Source of the DNA: Spirochaetia bacterium
Lineage (GTDB): Bacteria; Spirochaetota; Spirochaetia; DSM-2461
Direction of reading: 5' to 3'
Assembly: GCA_963668315.1 (NCBI GenBank)
Contig: OY764216.1
Location: 4,416,001-4,480,000 of the forward strand
Length of the DNA: 64,000 nt
The position numbers and the translations under genes were made by a program. Under the pieces are notes generated by a model. The model was not told the origin of the DNA, ran no database searches, and was given only the letters and a program-made list of their open reading frames with translations. Shown one piece after another: positions 1-9,947 of this stretch. Within the stretch, counting starts at the first letter, position 1. Each line of letters opens with the position of its first letter.

Positions 1-459
1 GCCGGATGCGCCCGCGCCGATAACCAGGATATCCGCCTCGTACTTCTCTGTCCTGACAGGCTTATCCTCACTGACCGCCCTCTGAAAATCCCTCGGATCG
101 GCCCCTGCCTGCTCAATGGCGGAAGCCACCGCATCGAGCATGGCGTTACTGGAAATAGTAGCGCCCGATACGGTATCCACCGCGAGAGTCTGGGCTCCGA
201 TGATCCTTTGCTTCATCGTCTCAAGGGCTTTCTGTCCTATTCCTTCGGTCTCGCTCTGCTTGATAACTTCAATGTTCGTAATTTTGTGCTTATTGAAAGT
301 AACGGCGAAATCCACCACTCCTTCCCGTCCCTCCCCCTGGGCCGTATATGTCCCGGGAGTGAATTCCACCCCGTCTCCCCCGCAGCTGTTCAATAACAGA
401 GCCGCAAAAGAGAGAGCCGCGGTAAAAAGTATGATTTTTCCGATATATCCTCTTCTCAT
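1..459 (-). CDS. FMN-binding/FAD-dependent oxidoreductase lipoprotein (fumarate/urocanate reductase flavoprotein-like), N-terminal part, truncated at window start
   Basis: Not in the track; translated by hand from ATG at 459: MRRGYIGKIILFTAALSFAALLLNSC (lipobox), FTPGTY, FMN_bind motif VDTVSGAT, then Rossmann DILVIGAGASG at the edge; AGGAGG SD upstream. Confidence 0.88.
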   Translation of the reverse strand, partial: MRRGYIGKIILFTAALSFAALLLNSCGGDGVEFTPGTYTAQGEGREGVVDFAVTFNKHKITNIEVIKQSETEGIGQKALETMKQRIIGAQTLAVDTVSGATISSNAMLDAVASAIEQAGADPRDFQRAVSEDKPVRTEKYEADILVIGAGASG

Positions 460-499
460 CGTAACTTTTCCTCCTGATGTGATTCAGTCTATGGAGGGT

Positions 500-530
500 A
501 TGCTAAACCTTTGTCCTGGACTAAGGTCAA
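500..530 (-). promoter_or_regulatory. MerR-type promoter/operator
   Basis: TTGACC (530-525), 19-bp spacer, TAGCAT (505-500); dyad ACCTTTGTCC-T-GGACTAAGGT (507-527) in the spacer; MerR gene adjacent. Confidence 0.85.
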
Positions 531-563
531 GGATTCGATAAAAAAAAATCGATAAATAATAAT

Positions 564-1382
564 TCAAGTTGCTTCCACGGGCAGAACGGCCTCGATAAAA
601 GTTCTGTATTTTCCCGTGATTTCCCTTTCCGAAAGAAGAAGTCTCCCGTGTATATCGCCTGCCGGCCGGTATTTATGAGCATAGGCATAGTCCAGAAGGG
701 GCATCAGCTTTTCCTTGAGCAAAGGCTCCTCATTATTCGTCGTAATGACTCCGGCGACGCATTGGCAGGGAGGAAGGAACTCAATCTCCCCGGTGGCCTC
801 CAGACCGTAGTAGAGAAAATCCTCTTCCCGGAGAGCCAGCCCCCAGTTATGCTCCATATCCACCCGATTCAGATCTATCTCCGCGAGAGGAATATGCAGG
901 GAAAAGAAAGAATGGGGCAGAAGCTCCATCCATCGGCTTACCGTCTTCCTCAAATCATCCTCTACGAGAAGGTCATTGCCCCGGGTCTGCTGGATTCGGT
1001 AGATACCCGGCTTCTCCGTAAGAAAGCAGCGGTCCAGGGAAGCGTCAAGGCCTTCGAAATCCCGGGATATCTCCTCCAGCCTGACCAGCAGCCTTCTGTT
1101 CTCCTCGATCTCCCTTTCCAGATCACGCCTCTTTCTCTCTACGGATGAACGGATATCCGCCACTGTCGAATCGGTGGTTAACTGCGTCGCCTGCTTCAAT
1201 GGAAGATCCAGGCTGCGGTACCAGCGGCTCATGAGAATATTACGGCAGTCCAAATCGGTATAATAACGGTAATTATTGATCACATCCTTACGGGGAGAGA
1301 CAATGCCCCGCTTCTCATAAACCCTAAGAGTATCGGTTGTCACCCCCAGAATCTTGGCGAATTCGCCGATTGTATATTTCAT
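564..1382 (-). CDS. MerR-family transcriptional regulator with GyrI-like effector domain
   Basis: MKYTIGEFAKILGVTTDTLRVYEKRG MerR HTH, NNYRYY wing, coiled coil; ATG at 1382 with GGAGAGG upstream preferred over the track's TTG at 1409. Confidence 0.9.
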   Translation of the reverse strand: MKYTIGEFAKILGVTTDTLRVYEKRGIVSPRKDVINNYRYYTDLDCRNILMSRWYRSLDLPLKQATQLTTDSTVADIRSSVERKRRDLEREIEENRRLLVRLEEISRDFEGLDASLDRCFLTEKPGIYRIQQTRGNDLLVEDDLRKTVSRWMELLPHSFFSLHIPLAEIDLNRVDMEHNWGLALREEDFLYYGLEATGEIEFLPPCQCVAGVITTNNEEPLLKEKLMPLLDYAYAHKYRPAGDIHGRLLLSEREITGKYRTFIEAVLPVEAT

Positions 1383-1472
1383 CGCTGATCTATCCTCTCC
1401 CACCCTCAATTTTGCAATCTCCGGCCAATAACATTATAATACTTAAATAAAGAAAAAACGGGAGTCATTTAT

Positions 1473-3626
1473 ATGAGTAATATTGCCGATTATTCGGGTG
1501 AACCGAATAAAGATTCTCGCGATGTGAGGAAAATCAGCAGAAGGCACAGTCTCAGGCGCAAACTGGCCATACCTATGCTGATTCAGATCGTGGCGGCCCT
1601 TGTGTTCGCCCTGGTCGCTGCGGGCTCCATTATGAAATCACGGGAGATGGCCGGCCATTCAGCCAGTCTTCCCGGAATAGAAGAGTCGGTCGAATCGGTG
1701 CGCTACTATTTCAATGAATACTCCGGGAAGAAAATTCAGGATCCCGTCCTTTTCAAAAAGCTGACGGACAGCATAGCCGATCTGACGGAAAAACTATCCG
1801 AGGAAACCTATACCTCCGGCTGGGCCGAGAGCATAACCGCGATCGGGGAAACCGTAGGGCAGATGGAAACTCTCAAAGAGACGAATCAGCATGATATCGC
1901 CAGGATTATCCGCCTGACGGAGAACGCCATCAATCCCGCCGCCGATTATCTGCAGAACATTGTTGCACTCCTTAGCGATCCCAGGACCTCCGGCGATGTG
2001 GGAACCATGGAACGGCAGGTAATCCTGGGGGCGAACTCCTCCATTGCACTCAGCCTCTCCATCCAGGCGAAATTGTACCATATTTCCTATGATCCCATGG
2101 CCAGGCAGGCACTTCTTAAAATAGTTGAAGACGCCCTGGAAAATACAAAAAAGGACATTGAACAGCTCAGAGGAACAGCCTTTGCCGGCCTTCCCGAATC
2201 CAATTACGCCATCCTGGAAGAAATCAGGGAACTCGCAGATAAATACATAAAGAACCTGAATGAGTTTGACCGGCTCCTGGGGCAGACGGAAGAGGAAATA
2301 GCCCGCCTGTCGGAAGCGCTGGCCTCCATAGGAGCGGATCTTCAGCAAGCCACCTACTCCACGACATTTATCTCCCTGCTGCTCTTAACGATCGTCTCTT
2401 TCTTTACCACCCTTCTGGGAGTAACCATAAACGGTTCGGTCCGGAAGTCCGTAACAAGAACGGCGACGGAAGTGGCCGAAGCGGTGGAACAGGCCGCCCG
2501 CGAACGGGATACGACGATACGGGTGCCGGTGAACAGCCGGGACGAACTGGGTCGGATATCCCATGATATCAATGATATGTTCTCCGCCTTTCAGGATGCC
2601 ATAGAACAGATCTCCCGGGAGAATGCCGATCTGAGCAAGGATACCGAGTCCCTGGCGACAAACAGTCAGGAATCGGCTGCGGCGGCTACCCAGATCGCGG
2701 CGAACATGAATTCCATCCGCGACCGGATCAAACAGCAGGCCCAGGCTATCGCCGATGTTCAGGAGGCCATGAACGCCATAGTGGAAGGAATTGACCGGGT
2801 CCATGATTCCGTCAGCGACCAGTCGCTCAGTGTGTCCAAAAACTCCGCGGCGGTGGAGGAAATGGTCGCCAATATCTCTTCCGTGGCGCGAATACTGCAG
2901 AAGAATACGGCCCTTGTGCAGGATCTCCTGAAAGCGGCCGGAGTGGGCAGTTCCTCCATGGAAGCGGTCTTTGAGAAAATGAATACCATCACCGCCGATT
3001 CGGCGGGCCTCCATGAAGCCACGGACGTGATCCTCTCCGTAGCCTCCCGGACAAATCTGCTGGCCATGAATGCCGCCATAGAAGCGGCCCATGCGGGGGA
3101 AGCGGGACGGGGTTTCGCCGTTGTGGCGGAAGAGATCCGTAAACTGGCGGAAAGCTCGGGCAGCCAGGGCCAGAAGATTTCCGGCGTACTGAATCAGCTT
3201 AAGGATTCCATAGAAATGGTGAATACCGAATCCCGGGAGGCGACGGACCGCTTCAGGAATGTGCTGGAACTGACACGCCAGCTTGATGAGTACGAGGGAA
3301 ATATCAAAAACGCCATGGATGAACAGTCGGTGGGGGGAAAGCAGATGCTTGAGGCAACCCAGGAAATCTCCGATACCACGGTGAAAGTCAAAGGGGTGAC
3401 CGAAAACATGCTGGAACAGAGCCGGAAAGTGGGAAAGCGGGCGGAGGCCCTCTCGACCCTTTCCCGGGAGATCGAGGGAGCCGTCCAGGAAGTGGCCTCG
3501 GGAACGGAAGAGATCAGCATCTCAGTGAATCAGGTAAACGATCTGGTGGACAGTACGCACAGGAGAGCCGAAAGAGTGGCCACCGCCACCTCGGTCTTCA
3601 GGATTTCCGGGAAGGATGCGCAGTAA
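1473..3626 (+). CDS. Methyl-accepting chemotaxis protein
   Basis: Two TM segments, HAMP (SRDELGRIS), signalling hairpin [35 protein letters not shown]. Confidence 0.95.
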   Translation: MSNIADYSGEPNKDSRDVRKISRRHSLRRKLAIPMLIQIVAALVFALVAAGSIMKSREMAGHSASLPGIEESVESVRYYFNEYSGKKIQDPVLFKKLTDSIADLTEKLSEETYTSGWAESITAIGETVGQMETLKETNQHDIARIIRLTENAINPAADYLQNIVALLSDPRTSGDVGTMERQVILGANSSIALSLSIQAKLYHISYDPMARQALLKIVEDALENTKKDIEQLRGTAFAGLPESNYAILEEIRELADKYIKNLNEFDRLLGQTEEEIARLSEALASIGADLQQATYSTTFISLLLLTIVSFFTTLLGVTINGSVRKSVTRTATEVAEAVEQAARERDTTIRVPVNSRDELGRISHDINDMFSAFQDAIEQISRENADLSKDTESLATNSQESAAAATQIAANMNSIRDRIKQQAQAIADVQEAMNAIVEGIDRVHDSVSDQSLSVSKNSAAVEEMVANISSVARILQKNTALVQDLLKAAGVGSSSMEAVFEKMNTITADSAGLHEATDVILSVASRTNLLAMNAAIEAAHAGEAGRGFAVVAEEIRKLAESSGSQGQKISGVLNQLKDSIEMVNTESREATDRFRNVLELTRQLDEYEGNIKNAMDEQSVGGKQMLEATQEISDTTVKVKGVTENMLEQSRKVGKRAEALSTLSREIEGAVQEVASGTEEISISVNQVNDLVDSTHRRAERVATATSVFRISGKDAQ

Positions 3627-3627
3627 C

Positions 3628-3654
3628 CCGCCCTCCCTTTCAAAGGGAGAGCGG
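3628..3654. terminator. Hairpin between convergent genes, possible bidirectional terminator
   Basis: CCGCCCTCCCTT-TCA-AAGGGAGAGCGG stem-loop; no clear U tract. Confidence 0.4.
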
Positions 3655-3662
3655 ATTCCCGG

Positions 3663-4514
3663 CTAGACCAGAGAACGGATAGTTTCCTCGAGAGACCGGG
3701 GTTCACGGCCCAGGAGATGTGCCAGGTCACCGCTTTCAATATCCAGTGTCCCTTCGGCTATGGACTGATCCAGGGCCGTATAGAATCCGGCTGTTCCCTC
3801 ATCCATTCCCGCTGCAACGAGTCCCGCCGTACGCTCTTCGGGGCTGACGATTTTATGCACCACCGTTCTGGAGAATACCGCCGACGCCGCCGACGCCAGA
3901 TCATCATAGCCCCAGGGAGTTCCTGCCAGTTCATAGGTTTTACCGCTGTGGCCGTCACCGGTCAGGACAACGGCGGCCGCTTCGGCGTACTCCTTCCTTG
4001 AAGCGGATGCGACCCGGCCCGTCCCGGTGGCCGTGGCGATAACTCCCGACTGCCCGGCGTACTCCACATCGGCCACGTAATTCTCCGTGTACCAGTTATT
4101 CCGGAGGATCACAAAATCGATCCCCGCCTTTCTGAGGTATTCCTCGGTCTGCTTATGCTCCGGAGCGAGAATATTGGAAGAACTTTCCGCTCTGGTTATG
4201 CTGGTATAGATGACTTGTTTCACCCCGGCGGCACCGGCGGCATCGATGACATTTTTATGCTGGTCAAAGCGTTTACCCACTTCCGAACCGGAAACAAGCA
4301 GAACTTTGTCTACTCCTTCAAATGCCCGTTCAAGGGCATCCCTGTCTTCATAACCGGCGATTTTCACATCTACCCCTCTCTCTTTGAGGGAAGCCGCCTT
4401 CTCTTCATTCCTCGCTATCCCTCTGACAGACGAAGGGGATACACCCTTCTTAAGCAGAGATTCTATCAGGGCCGAGCCAAAATTACCGGTTGAACCTGTT
4501 ACGGCATATTTCAT
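3663..4514 (-). CDS. NAD(P)H:quinone oxidoreductase, NmrA/atypical SDR (QorB/YtfG-like)
   Basis: VTGSTGNFG Rossmann motif, QHKNVIDAA, LRNNWYTEN; divergent HxlR regulator as in ytfG/ytfH. Confidence 0.88.
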   Translation of the reverse strand: MKYAVTGSTGNFGSALIESLLKKGVSPSSVRGIARNEEKAASLKERGVDVKIAGYEDRDALERAFEGVDKVLLVSGSEVGKRFDQHKNVIDAAGAAGVKQVIYTSITRAESSSNILAPEHKQTEEYLRKAGIDFVILRNNWYTENYVADVEYAGQSGVIATATGTGRVASASRKEYAEAAAVVLTGDGHSGKTYELAGTPWGYDDLASAASAVFSRTVVHKIVSPEERTAGLVAAGMDEGTAGFYTALDQSIAEGTLDIESGDLAHLLGREPRSLEETIRSLV

Positions 4515-4534
4515 TTTATACTCCTTGAATTATT

Positions 4535-4568
4535 ACTTACTATAATATAGTACTTATTTATAGTAAGT
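4535..4568. promoter_or_regulatory. Candidate HxlR/QorR operator
   Basis: Perfect 11-bp inverted repeat ACTTACTATAA (4535-4545) / TTATAGTAAGT (4558-4568) between the divergent genes. Confidence 0.65.
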
Positions 4569-4610
4569 GACAAGCTCTTTTTTTTATGATATGCTGAAAT
4601 AAGGAAAAAA

Positions 4611-4955
4611 ATGATGGATATGAAACTGGATTATGATGTTTTCGCCTCCAACTGTCCCTCCCGGGAGGCTTTCGATAATATATTTGGAAAATGGGGAATG
4701 CTGATTATCGCTTCCCTGAAAGAGAGTCCCGCCCGATTCGGCGAACTCTCAAGGAAGGTGGAAGGAATCAGCGAAAGAATGCTCTCCAAAAACCTGAAGG
4801 CCCTGGAAAAGGAAGGACTGGTCAACAGGAAGGATTACGGAGAAAAGCCCCCCCGGATTGAATACAGCCTGACAGAAGCGGGCATTAAAATCGGAGAAGC
4901 TGTTCAAGAGGTAATCTCCCGGCTCTACGAAGCCCTGGAGTCGGTGGAAGATTAA
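4611..4955 (+). CDS. HxlR/DUF24-family winged-helix regulator
   Basis: N-terminal CP motif, GKW, RFGEL, GISERMLSKNLKALE, PPRIEYSLT. Confidence 0.92.
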   Translation: MMDMKLDYDVFASNCPSREAFDNIFGKWGMLIIASLKESPARFGELSRKVEGISERMLSKNLKALEKEGLVNRKDYGEKPPRIEYSLTEAGIKIGEAVQEVISRLYEALESVED

Positions 4956-5854
4956 AAGTGGCCGTGGAAATCCTTTACTGAGGTAAAGCCGTTCTCCTCC
5001 ATATAAGAGACGATTCCCTCCAGAACCAGCAGAGGCGTCTGTGGTTCCACAAAGAGTGCCGTGCCCACCTGAACGGCGGAAGCTCCGGCCAGCAGGTACT
5101 GAACCGCATGGTCGGCTGTGAAGATTCCTCCCAGTCCGATGACGGGGATGGAGACGCACTGAGCGATTCGGTAAACGCTGGCCACTCCCACCGGTCTGAC
5201 GGCGGCTCCGGAGAGTCCGGCGGTACCTGCGGGTATAACCGGTTTGCGAGCCCTTGTGTCGACAACCATTCCCTTGAGGGTATTGATGGCCGAAACAGCA
5301 TCGGCGCCGCCCGCTTCGGCAGCTTTGGCTATCTCTCCTATATCGGTGACATTGGGAGTAAGCTTCATGATTAAGGGCTTGTCCGTCAGGGAGCGCAGCT
5401 TGCCGGTCAGCCGTTCCACCTGGACGGGATCGGTACCGAAAGCCAGCCCGCCCGCCTTGACATTGGGACAGGAAATATTGATTTCGTAACCCCAGTGGCA
5501 GTCCAGCTCTTCGCATTTGCCCACCAGATGCAGATAATCGTCCTCTTTCTTACCGCCGATATTCAGCACGGCGGGACAGGGCATGGCCTTTAAAAAGGGG
5601 GCTTTCTCCTCCCTGAAACGCTCCCACCCCGGGTTGGCAAGACCGATGGAGTTGAGCATACCCGAAGGAGTCTCCACCATACGGGGAGTATCGTTTCCCG
5701 GCCTGGGCTCCAGCGTCAGGGCCTTGGCATAGACGGCGCCCAGCCGTGAAAGATCCACAAGCCGGCCATACTCCTCGCCGAAGCCGAAAGTGCCCGAAGC
5801 CACACCCACCGGGTTTGGCAGTAGGGAGGAGCCGATTGTTACGGTTAAGTCCAT
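4952..5854 (-). CDS. pyrD: Dihydroorotate dehydrogenase 1B, catalytic subunit
   Basis: NPVGVASGTFG, MLNSIGLANPG, EINISCPNVK, KLTPNVTDI, GLSG; overlaps pyrK. Confidence 0.95.
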   Translation of the reverse strand: MDLTVTIGSSLLPNPVGVASGTFGFGEEYGRLVDLSRLGAVYAKALTLEPRPGNDTPRMVETPSGMLNSIGLANPGWERFREEKAPFLKAMPCPAVLNIGGKKEDDYLHLVGKCEELDCHWGYEINISCPNVKAGGLAFGTDPVQVERLTGKLRSLTDKPLIMKLTPNVTDIGEIAKAAEAGGADAVSAINTLKGMVVDTRARKPVIPAGTAGLSGAAVRPVGVASVYRIAQCVSIPVIGLGGIFTADHAVQYLLAGASAVQVGTALFVEPQTPLLVLEGIVSYMEENGFTSVKDFHGHF

Positions 5855-6609
5855 TTTAATATCCTCGAATCAAAAACCGGGCCGTCCTGACAAACCCTTA
5901 AGAATTTCTGGGGTAGCACCACCGGAATGGCGCATCCCTGGCAGGCTCCGATACCGCAGGCCATGACTTCCTCAACGGAAACGGCGCAGGGACTTTCCGT
6001 TTCCAGGGCCAGTTCATGGAGACCTTTAAGCATGGGTTTGGGCCCGCAGCCGTAGAAATGACTGTTGATCAGATCGTCCCGGCTTCTCAGGTACTCTATC
6101 ACATTACCGGAAAAACCGGTCGAACCGTCGTCGGTACAGATGACCGTTTCACACCCGGCGGGCAGATGCACCCGGGGAACAAAAAACTTGTCCCGGAACC
6201 CCAGGACGAGCAGGGGTCTCAAACCGGCCCGTGCCAGGGTATCGGCGAGAAAAAGCACCGGCCCCGTTCCTATTCCTCCCCCCGCGATAACGGGACGCCT
6301 TCCCTCTGCGGGCAGGGGAAAGGTTCCCCCCAGGGGCCCCAGAATATCCATATGGTCGCCGGTTCGCAGCCGGGTCATCAAGGTTGTGGCCGGACCGCGT
6401 TTCTGAAAGATAAGGGACGCCCTCCTTTCGGAGGGATCATAGGCCGATAGAGCAAAAGGCCTTCTGAGAAGGGGATTCTCCCCGTCCCAGCAGCGCAGGG
6501 TGAGGAACTGACCCGGCTCGGGTACGGGTCCCTTCCAGGTAAAGACCAGCTCATAATAATCCCGGGCCGATTCGCGGCAGCTAATGACCTCTGAATGAAA
6601 CTGTTCCAT
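5845..6609 (-). CDS. pyrK: Dihydroorotate dehydrogenase 1B, electron transfer subunit
   Basis: PGQF, LLRRPFAL, GGGIG, CGPKPML, 2Fe-2S motif MACGIGACQGC...VCQDGPVF. Confidence 0.95.
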   Translation of the reverse strand: MEQFHSEVISCRESARDYYELVFTWKGPVPEPGQFLTLRCWDGENPLLRRPFALSAYDPSERRASLIFQKRGPATTLMTRLRTGDHMDILGPLGGTFPLPAEGRRPVIAGGGIGTGPVLFLADTLARAGLRPLLVLGFRDKFFVPRVHLPAGCETVICTDDGSTGFSGNVIEYLRSRDDLINSHFYGCGPKPMLKGLHELALETESPCAVSVEEVMACGIGACQGCAIPVVLPQKFLRVCQDGPVFDSRILKWT

Positions 6610-6612
6610 GAA

Positions 6613-7050
6613 TCAGCCGCTGATGACTCTCTTCCAGTCGTCCTGGGAGAGATTCTGCTTTTCGCGGATATCACCGACAAAAGTCATCAGATGACTGAGC
6701 TTCTGAGTGGTTTCCTGGCTGATGGCATGCTCGATTTTACAGGCTTCATCATCGGCCTGATCACCGCTTAACAGCAAAACGTCCTGGAGGAAGCTTTTAA
6801 GAAGCATATGACGGCCAGTTATCTTCTCGGCCTTTTCCAGGCCCTCCGCCGTCAGGTTGATATAGGAATTTTTCTCATAAACGACCAATCCCTTATCACG
6901 CAGATTCCGCAAAGCTCCCGTGACCGAAGGCATCTGAACATTCAAATGGGCAGCAATATCCTTAACCCGGGCGACCCGGTGTTTCTTCTCCAGTATGAAA
7001 ATAGCTTCCAGATAATCTTCAAGACTGGACGTAAGCTTGTTCTTCTTCAT
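6613..7050 (-). CDS. DtxR/MntR-family metal-dependent regulator
   Basis: LEDYLEAI, ARVKDIA, PSVTGAL, RH, EACKIEHAIS; ATG at 7050 preferred over TTG at 7086. Confidence 0.92.
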   Translation of the reverse strand: MKKNKLTSSLEDYLEAIFILEKKHRVARVKDIAAHLNVQMPSVTGALRNLRDKGLVVYEKNSYINLTAEGLEKAEKITGRHMLLKSFLQDVLLLSGDQADDEACKIEHAISQETTQKLSHLMTFVGDIREKQNLSQDDWKRVISG

Positions 7051-7194
7051 ATTTTTTATATTATCAGAACAATATATAAATAGCAATCACTAACTTTGCC
7101 AAGGGAGAATGGGACGCGGCCCTGAAAGATACGCCATGATCTTAATTGCATTTCCCCCTTCCCTGAACTACTCTTTGTTATAGAGGTATCCAAG

Positions 7195-7719
7195 ATGAAA
7201 TTCAGGTATTTGTTTTTTATTCTTCTTTTAGCAAGGATCACCCTTTTTGCAGAAGAGAGGGGGGTAACCATGATTTCCCCGGAGCCGGATAATTTTCCCT
7301 ACGCCGAGAGAGCGGCGGACCCCGCTCTTACGGCAAAGCCCCTCTCCTCCGATGAACTCCTCCTCCGCATCCGTCTTAACAGGCTCCACAAAATTGCCGG
7401 CTATTCAACCCTGGCCGCGGGTTTGCTTACAGGCCTGACGGCTCCCCTGGGGGACGACGGCTTTATCCACCCGTCTCTGGGAGTAACCACGGCTTCCCTG
7501 AGCGCCGTAACCCTGGGACTGGGCTACGCCGCCCACAGGGGGGAAGGGAAAAGCGGGATCATGTCCCCGGCGGATAAGATCCACGCCCTGCTGGGAATCG
7601 CAGGCGGTGCGATGATGGTTGCCGCCCCCTTTGCGGCGCCCTCCGACTCCCATGTCATTCTGGGTGGAACGGGGCTGGCCTTTATGGGAATTGCCGTGGG
7701 ATGGGAACTCGTCTATTAA
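7195..7719 (+). CDS. Membrane protein with four His-bearing TM helices (cytochrome b561-like)
   Basis: Signal-like N-terminus; HKIAG, HPSLG, HALLG and HVILG each begin a hydrophobic helix. Heme binding is inferred. Confidence 0.6.
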   Translation: MKFRYLFFILLLARITLFAEERGVTMISPEPDNFPYAERAADPALTAKPLSSDELLLRIRLNRLHKIAGYSTLAAGLLTGLTAPLGDDGFIHPSLGVTTASLSAVTLGLGYAAHRGEGKSGIMSPADKIHALLGIAGGAMMVAAPFAAPSDSHVILGGTGLAFMGIAVGWELVY

Positions 7720-7735
7720 GGAAAAGGAGAACATC

Positions 7736-8197
7736 GTGAATAAAAAAATCTATGGGGTCCTGATCCTGGCCCTGTTTGCTTCTTCCCTTTTCGGGGAAAC
7801 AAAAACAATAGCTCTCGTCTACGAGAAAGCCACCGGCGTCAATCGCCACGCCCTGCAGTTCATCCTCGAAAACAAGCGCAGCCTGGGGGATGTCAGTTTT
7901 CTTCCCATCGACCTCTCTCAGGATACGTCTCCGGCGGATGCGGACCTGTACATCCTTCTGAATACGGGCGTCTCATCGGGCACCGACCCTCAGCTCGCCC
8001 GTTTCAGAGAGGCAATTTCAGGTGAGAAGAGAGTGGTTCAGCTTAATTTTTACCGGGACAGAGAGGTAGCTGACGTGATAAATGAACCGGCAGAGGGGGG
8101 AGTTGACGTTATAACGGCCGCATCCGCCTGGGGCGGCCGCAAAGCACGTAACATGCATAACCAGTGGATCCTGATACTGAGCGGGATTCTGAACTGA
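7736..8197 (+). CDS. Exported hypothetical protein with a flavinylation-like DVITAAS motif
   Basis: GTG at 7736 after AAGGAG; signal peptide (KKIYGVLILALFASSLFG); alpha/beta pattern; C-terminal GVDVITAAS. Confidence 0.6.
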   Translation: MNKKIYGVLILALFASSLFGETKTIALVYEKATGVNRHALQFILENKRSLGDVSFLPIDLSQDTSPADADLYILLNTGVSSGTDPQLARFREAISGEKRVVQLNFYRDREVADVINEPAEGGVDVITAASAWGGRKARNMHNQWILILSGILN

Positions 8198-8211
8198 CGA
8201 CATAAGGAGAA

Positions 8212-9498
8212 GTGTCCATGTTGCTTGTTCTGATTTTTTACTTAATCATCCCCCTGATTCAGATTCTGACATGTGTGACTGCCGTTAAGGGACTCGGGAT
8301 CTGGGGCGGAACGGGAGAGCTGATTAATATCATCTCCTCCGTCACCGCCTATCACTGGATGCTCGCCAACCAGATTTTCGCCGTAAAATTGAACTGGTTT
8401 CAGAGGATCATCCCCTATGACAGACGTATCCGCATTCATATCCTCGCTTCCGCGGGAGTGGCGGCCGCCGTTGTCATACACAGTGTCTATAAGATTTTCA
8501 TGGGGTATTATATAAACCCGGTGACCCTGCTTCTCTCCGTCTGCGTGGGATTTCTTTTTCTCACGGCGGTACTTTGGATTCCTCTGCCCGGTTTCAGAAA
8601 ATTCCGCCGGGCCGCCGTAAGCCGTATGGTAAAAAAGGAGCACCAGGGCTCCTATGACCTGTTCAAAGCCGTGCATACGGGACTGACATTCCTTCTTTCC
8701 GGGGTCATTCTCGTACATGTTCTCTCTTCAGGTACGTTTGCCCTGCTCCCTTCTCCGGCCCGGGGCGGTTACATTATCCTGTTTCTTACCGGTTTCCTTA
8801 CGATGATACTGTCAAAAACGGGAGCCTTTACCGAAACCGGAACGGTGGAAGAAATTTCCCTTAAGGAAGGAATCGCCACATTGACCCTGAACGGCCCCTT
8901 CAACCGAGTGAGAAAGTCCGGTCAGTTCGCCTTTCTGAGAAAAGGCCGATCGGGATTTTTCCAGAGGGAACACCCTTTTTCCTATCTGAACAGCGGCGGG
9001 GAAGAGCTGAATCGTTTCGCCTTCCGGCTGATCGGCCCCTTTACGGGGGAACTCGCCCGTCTGAAAAAAGGAGACCCGGTTGGGATACGCGGAGGATTCG
9101 GTAATTTCCGTCCCACCGGGGACAAACCGGTCTGTCTGATAGGTTCGGGAATCGGAATCGTCCCCTTGATAAGCCTTTTAAGAGAGTGGGATTCCCGTGA
9201 GAGGGAGACCAGGGTCGAGGCTTTTTTCTCGGTGAATTCCCGGGGAGAGATCCCCCTCTACGAGGATCTCATGGGAATAATGGAAAGGAACGGGAACATG
9301 GGTCTCCATCTTCTCGTATTCGATGAAGACTCCCGCCTGTTCGACAAAGAATATTTCCGGGAACACCTGAAATCGCCCCGGGATTTTCACTACTACGTCT
9401 GCTCCTCACCGGCGGTAAGATCCGTCGTACTGGGGATTCTCAAATCACTGGGGATAGGAAGAAGCCGGATTCATTACGAAGCATTTTCCTTCGGCTGA
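8212..9498 (+). CDS. Ferric reductase-like transmembrane protein fused to FAD/NAD(P)-binding domains
   Basis: TM region with His pairs (RIHIL...IHS, AVHT...VHV), GQFAFL, EHPFS, GSGIGIVP, YVCS, HYEAFSFG. Confidence 0.85.
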   Translation: MSMLLVLIFYLIIPLIQILTCVTAVKGLGIWGGTGELINIISSVTAYHWMLANQIFAVKLNWFQRIIPYDRRIRIHILASAGVAAAVVIHSVYKIFMGYYINPVTLLLSVCVGFLFLTAVLWIPLPGFRKFRRAAVSRMVKKEHQGSYDLFKAVHTGLTFLLSGVILVHVLSSGTFALLPSPARGGYIILFLTGFLTMILSKTGAFTETGTVEEISLKEGIATLTLNGPFNRVRKSGQFAFLRKGRSGFFQREHPFSYLNSGGEELNRFAFRLIGPFTGELARLKKGDPVGIRGGFGNFRPTGDKPVCLIGSGIGIVPLISLLREWDSRERETRVEAFFSVNSRGEIPLYEDLMGIMERNGNMGLHLLVFDEDSRLFDKEYFREHLKSPRDFHYYVCSSPAVRSVVLGILKSLGIGRSRIHYEAFSFG

Positions 9499-9518
9499 TC
9501 GGGCTTCTCTCTCCCCAG

Positions 9519-9947
9519 GAGACTGTCGGGTTTAAGACCGTAGGAATTTATACGCTGAGCCTATTATTTTATAATATCCACAGGGGAACAGGCAAAGCAC
9601 AATATCATTGAGGATGCATAGGCGATCAGCAAACCTGAAAGTTTTGTGACCAGCCCTCAAAGGATGTTAGCTCTCCTGCTTAACAGCTACAACCGTGGTT
9701 GATGCCGAGGGTTCCCAATTGGTTGCGGGAGCTCGTGTAACAAACGCCGGCGTCGATAGAAAGGAACTGACTGCCAATGTGGAATCCATACCGGCAGAGA
9801 TAGGTACCCCAGACAAGATACGGACAAACCATATAAAGCAGGGCCAGAGGGAAGATCACTCTGACTACTTTTTGCTCTGGATCGGAATCTCCGGGCGTAT
9901 CTCCGGATCTTCTCGATCCAAAATAAAATCTTAAACCCGACAGGCTC
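9519..9947 (+). mobile_element. Internally deleted IS1182-like element (429 bp, non-autonomous)
   Basis: Terminal IRs GAGACTGTCGGGTTTAAGA / TCTTAAACCCGACAGGCTC (18/19), flanked by CCAG / CTAG; internal fragment VVDAEGSQLVAGARVTN...KELTANVESIPAEIGTP resembles IS1182 transposase. Confidence 0.75.

Noticed and set aside
116..541. + strand 141-aa ORF in the track
   Set aside because: Antisense to the edge-truncated flavinylated oxidoreductase on the minus strand.
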